Positions 61,202 to 64,000 of a DNA stretch of 64,000 nucleotides are shown here, one piece after another. The translations under genes were made by a program, and so were the position numbers. The notes beneath the pieces are model-generated. The model did no database searches, was not told the DNA's origin, and worked only from the letters and a program-made list of their open reading frames with translations. Source of the DNA: Candidatus Poribacteria bacterium (lineage in GTDB: Bacteria; Poribacteria; WGA-4E; WGA-3G); assembly GCA_965214095.1 (NCBI GenBank), contig OZ243938.1:800001-864000 (forward strand), in the 5' to 3' direction. Positions within the stretch are counted from its first letter, which is position 1, and each line of letters starts with the position of its first letter.

Positions 61202-61205
61202 ACTA

Positions 61206-61697
61206 ATGCGTAGGTTCAAAATGCTTACTCCAATGTTCATTGTTTTCATATTATGCATAAGCGGTGCAAAAACTACTAAGGAAACACCAAAGCCTAAGGA
61301 TGTTGAACTAACGGGCAAAATCGTTTGTTTAGCAGAAGCAATGCATAAACAATATAAGGTTGAACTCTCTGCAGAACATGAGCATCTCTATGGTGTCAAA
61401 ACGAAGGATGATAAATATTTCACACTTTTACGGACATCGTTATCAGAAGCACTTTTCGTTGATAGACGATTACATGAGAAAGACCTGATTATCAAAGGTC
61501 GTGTCTTTCCAAATACACATTTGTTAGAAGTAATACGGATACAATCTTTAATAGATGGAATTGTGCATGAACTCTATTACTATTGTGATACATGTTATAT
61601 CCGTGCAGTTGCACCGGGAAACTGCGATTGCTGTCAGGCACCAGTTGAGTTAATTGAGAAACCGTTAAATGTAGACTCTGTGATTCCATCACCGTAA
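61206..61697 (+). CDS. Exported protein with C-terminal Cys-rich metal-binding ribbon
   Basis: Start MRRFK after AAGGAG; signal peptide; G.IVCL..HEH; YYCDTC..PGNCDCCQAP. Confidence 0.7.
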   Translation: MRRFKMLTPMFIVFILCISGAKTTKETPKPKDVELTGKIVCLAEAMHKQYKVELSAEHEHLYGVKTKDDKYFTLLRTSLSEALFVDRRLHEKDLIIKGRVFPNTHLLEVIRIQSLIDGIVHELYYYCDTCYIRAVAPGNCDCCQAPVELIEKPLNVDSVIPSP

Positions 61698-61716
61698 GAG
61701 ATAAAAGGATTTGATT

Positions 61717-62910
61717 ATGGAAAAACGACCCAAAATCGCTGCAATCACTACCATATACCACAAATACTCACATACTCAGCATATTGTAGATAGGTTTTTA
61801 GAGGGATATGGGTGGAACAGTCGACACCATTATCCCCCAATAGACCTCGTCTCACTCTATGTTGAACAGGTCAAAGATAACGACATAAGTAAAGACAGAT
61901 TAGACCGTTTTCCATCAATGAAAGGATATCCCACAATTGCTGATGCGCTCACTCTCGGTGGTGAAGATTTAGCGGTTGATGGTGTGCTTCTCATTGGAGA
62001 ACACGGTGAATATCCAAGCAACGACAAAGGTCAACGTCTCTATCCACGGTATGAACACTTCATGCAAATGGCGGAAGTGTTTGAAAAGAGCGGACGTGGC
62101 GTGCCTATATTCAACGACAAACATCTTTCATGGAATTGGGAGTGGGCACAGGAAATGTATGACATTTCTCAAAAGATGGATTTTGCATTTATGGCAGGCT
62201 CATCGCTACCAGTAACATGGAGAACTCCATCAATAGACATGCCGCTCAGGACACCGGTATCAGAAGCAGTATGCGTCGGCTATGGTGGTGTGGACAGTTA
62301 TGATTTCCATGCTTTAGAGACCTTACAATGCATGGTTGAACGACGAAAAGGTGGAGAATCTGGTGTAAGATGGTTGCAGGCATACCGTGGCGATGCATTT
62401 TGGAATGCACATCACGAAAAACTCTGGTCACGTGAACTTTTTGAATCTGCATTGTGTAGAAGTCATACATTGACACCCTCGCGTCCAGGATTTAACAATC
62501 CATTTTCCACTATAGATGAGATGAAAGAAATTGCAAAAGACCCGATAGCATATCAATATGAACATAACGATGGACTCAAATCAACGATGATTCTGATGAA
62601 CGGACTGGTACAGGATTTTAACTTCGCTGCCTATATCGGATCAGATGACGAAGTGCTATCAACGCAAATGTATCTCCCAATGCCTCCTGCACGGACGAGT
62701 TTAGCAAACTTCTTTTCTCCACTGGTGAACAATATTGAGAAGATGTTTCTAACAGGAGAACCGACCTATCCTGTTGAGCGGACATTACTAACAACTGGTC
62801 TTGTCGCAGCAGGTGTTGATAGTCTACATGATGGTGGTACAAAACAGGAGACACCGCATCTGAACATTGCATATCAACCAACCAAAGAATCAACTTTTTG
62901 GAGAACATAA
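61717..62910 (+). CDS. Hypothetical Gfo/Idh/MocA-like oxidoreductase-fold protein
   Basis: LAVDGVLLIGEHG.YP, FNDKHLS, AGSSLP, FHALE, YPVERTLL. Confidence 0.65.
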   Translation: MEKRPKIAAITTIYHKYSHTQHIVDRFLEGYGWNSRHHYPPIDLVSLYVEQVKDNDISKDRLDRFPSMKGYPTIADALTLGGEDLAVDGVLLIGEHGEYPSNDKGQRLYPRYEHFMQMAEVFEKSGRGVPIFNDKHLSWNWEWAQEMYDISQKMDFAFMAGSSLPVTWRTPSIDMPLRTPVSEAVCVGYGGVDSYDFHALETLQCMVERRKGGESGVRWLQAYRGDAFWNAHHEKLWSRELFESALCRSHTLTPSRPGFNNPFSTIDEMKEIAKDPIAYQYEHNDGLKSTMILMNGLVQDFNFAAYIGSDDEVLSTQMYLPMPPARTSLANFFSPLVNNIEKMFLTGEPTYPVERTLLTTGLVAAGVDSLHDGGTKQETPHLNIAYQPTKESTFWRT

Positions 62911-62913
62911 GAT

Positions 62914-64000
62914 ATGAAACGAATTGCAGTTATAACAACAATCTATCGTTACCTAACGCATGCACAACATATTGGCGATAGGTTTCTCGTCGGATATCCA
63001 AAAGAAGGAAAATGGCATCATCCTAATATGAAAGTCGTTTCTCTATATGTTGATCAAAAACCTGAAGGTGAACAAAGTCAAGACCGCGCAAGAGAATTCG
63101 GTTTTTCTGTCTATCCTACTATATCCGAAGCCCTTCGATGTGGTGGTGACAAACTTGCTGTGGATGCAGTTCTATTGATTGGTGAACATGGACAATACCC
63201 TAATAATGAATTGAGTCAAGTTTTATATCCTCGTTATGAATTTTTCAAAGAATGTGTGAAAGTATTTGAAGAGGATGGTCGTGCAGTTCCCATATTCAAC
63301 GACAAACATCTATCCTATAGTTTTGAAAAAGCAAAAGAGATGGTGGATGATGGACACCGACTCGGTTTTGGACTACTTGCAGGTTCATCATTACCTGTCA
63401 CTTGGCGATTGCCTGATGTAGAATTAACGTTGGAATGTGACCTTGAAGATGCACTCATGGTTGGTGTTGGTGGCTCAGACCCTATGGATTACCATGCGTT
63501 AGAAGCCATGCAATGTATGGTTGAACGGCGTAAAGGTGGTGAAACAGGTGTTGCTGCAGTGCAACTGATAGATGGTCAGGAGGTATGGCAAGCTGGTGAA
63601 GATGGACGTTGGTCCTTGGAATTACTTGAGGCTGCACTCTCTCGTAGTGATACGCCGTGCGGGTTAACTGATGAAGATGGTAGAACACAAAATCTTATCG
63701 GTACAGGTGAACTTCACAGACTCGTTGACAATCCATCTGCCTATTTTATTGAATACAACGATGGTTTTAGGGCAACACTACTGATGCTTAACGGTGCTGT
63801 CCGTGATTACTGTTTTGCGGGGAAACTTAAGGATGAATCCATACCCGTATCCACACAATTCTTCTTAACACCTGTACCGAATGTAACCTATTCTGCATGC
63901 CTTGTCGCCAAAATTGAAGAACTTTTTGAGACAGGTGTTGCACCCTATCCTGCAGAACGAACCTTGTTGGTGAGTGGAACTTTGGAAAGTTGTTTGATCT
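62914..64000 (+). CDS. Paralog of 61717-62910, runs off window end
   Basis: Manual translation MKRIAVITTIYRYLTHAQHIGDRFL...AVDAVLLIGEHGQYP...FNDKHLS...AGSSLPVTWR...YHALEAMQCMVERRKGGE. Confidence 0.8.
   Translation, partial: MKRIAVITTIYRYLTHAQHIGDRFLVGYPKEGKWHHPNMKVVSLYVDQKPEGEQSQDRAREFGFSVYPTISEALRCGGDKLAVDAVLLIGEHGQYPNNELSQVLYPRYEFFKECVKVFEEDGRAVPIFNDKHLSYSFEKAKEMVDDGHRLGFGLLAGSSLPVTWRLPDVELTLECDLEDALMVGVGGSDPMDYHALEAMQCMVERRKGGETGVAAVQLIDGQEVWQAGEDGRWSLELLEAALSRSDTPCGLTDEDGRTQNLIGTGELHRLVDNPSAYFIEYNDGFRATLLMLNGAVRDYCFAGKLKDESIPVSTQFFLTPVPNVTYSACLVAKIEELFETGVAPYPAERTLLVSGTLESCLI

Noticed and set aside
60999-61205. N-terminal extension of the 232-aa ORF
   Set aside because: Overlaps PhyH out of frame; the start at 61206 has an SD and a signal peptide

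Overview
AT-rich bacterial chromosomal window, most likely Candidatus Poribacteria. This is inferred from tandem secreted WD40 proteins, LamG proteins ending in a '..KxTTxWGxLK' tail, a dockerin-like remnant, C-type lectin proteins, PhyH and sulfatase-like genes. Housekeeping genes (zapA, aroE, fused IOR, recN, nadK, clpB, purN, nagA) alternate with accessory blocks. Highlights: (1) a putative defence-island core at 18.8-24.2 kb, made of a translationally coupled pair (small HEPN-like helical protein plus 975-aa helical protein), a Zn-finger microprotein and an AAA/PD-(D/E)XK gene; (2) a UGA-readthrough UGSC selenoprotein that the ORF track splits in two, with a SECIS-like hairpin; (3) seven small intergenic elements bounded by terminal inverted repeats, six carrying GTAG-type REP hairpins as cargo; (4) a BrnT toxin whose antitoxin-like N-terminus is fused to a DUF2806-like domain; (5) two sulfatase-fold enzymes with Thr instead of Cys/Ser at the catalytic position; (6) a sigma-54 promoter on clpB; (7) a five-gene WD40 array. 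No rRNA, tRNA, CRISPR array or intact transposase was seen. All family assignments come from motif recognition, not database searches.
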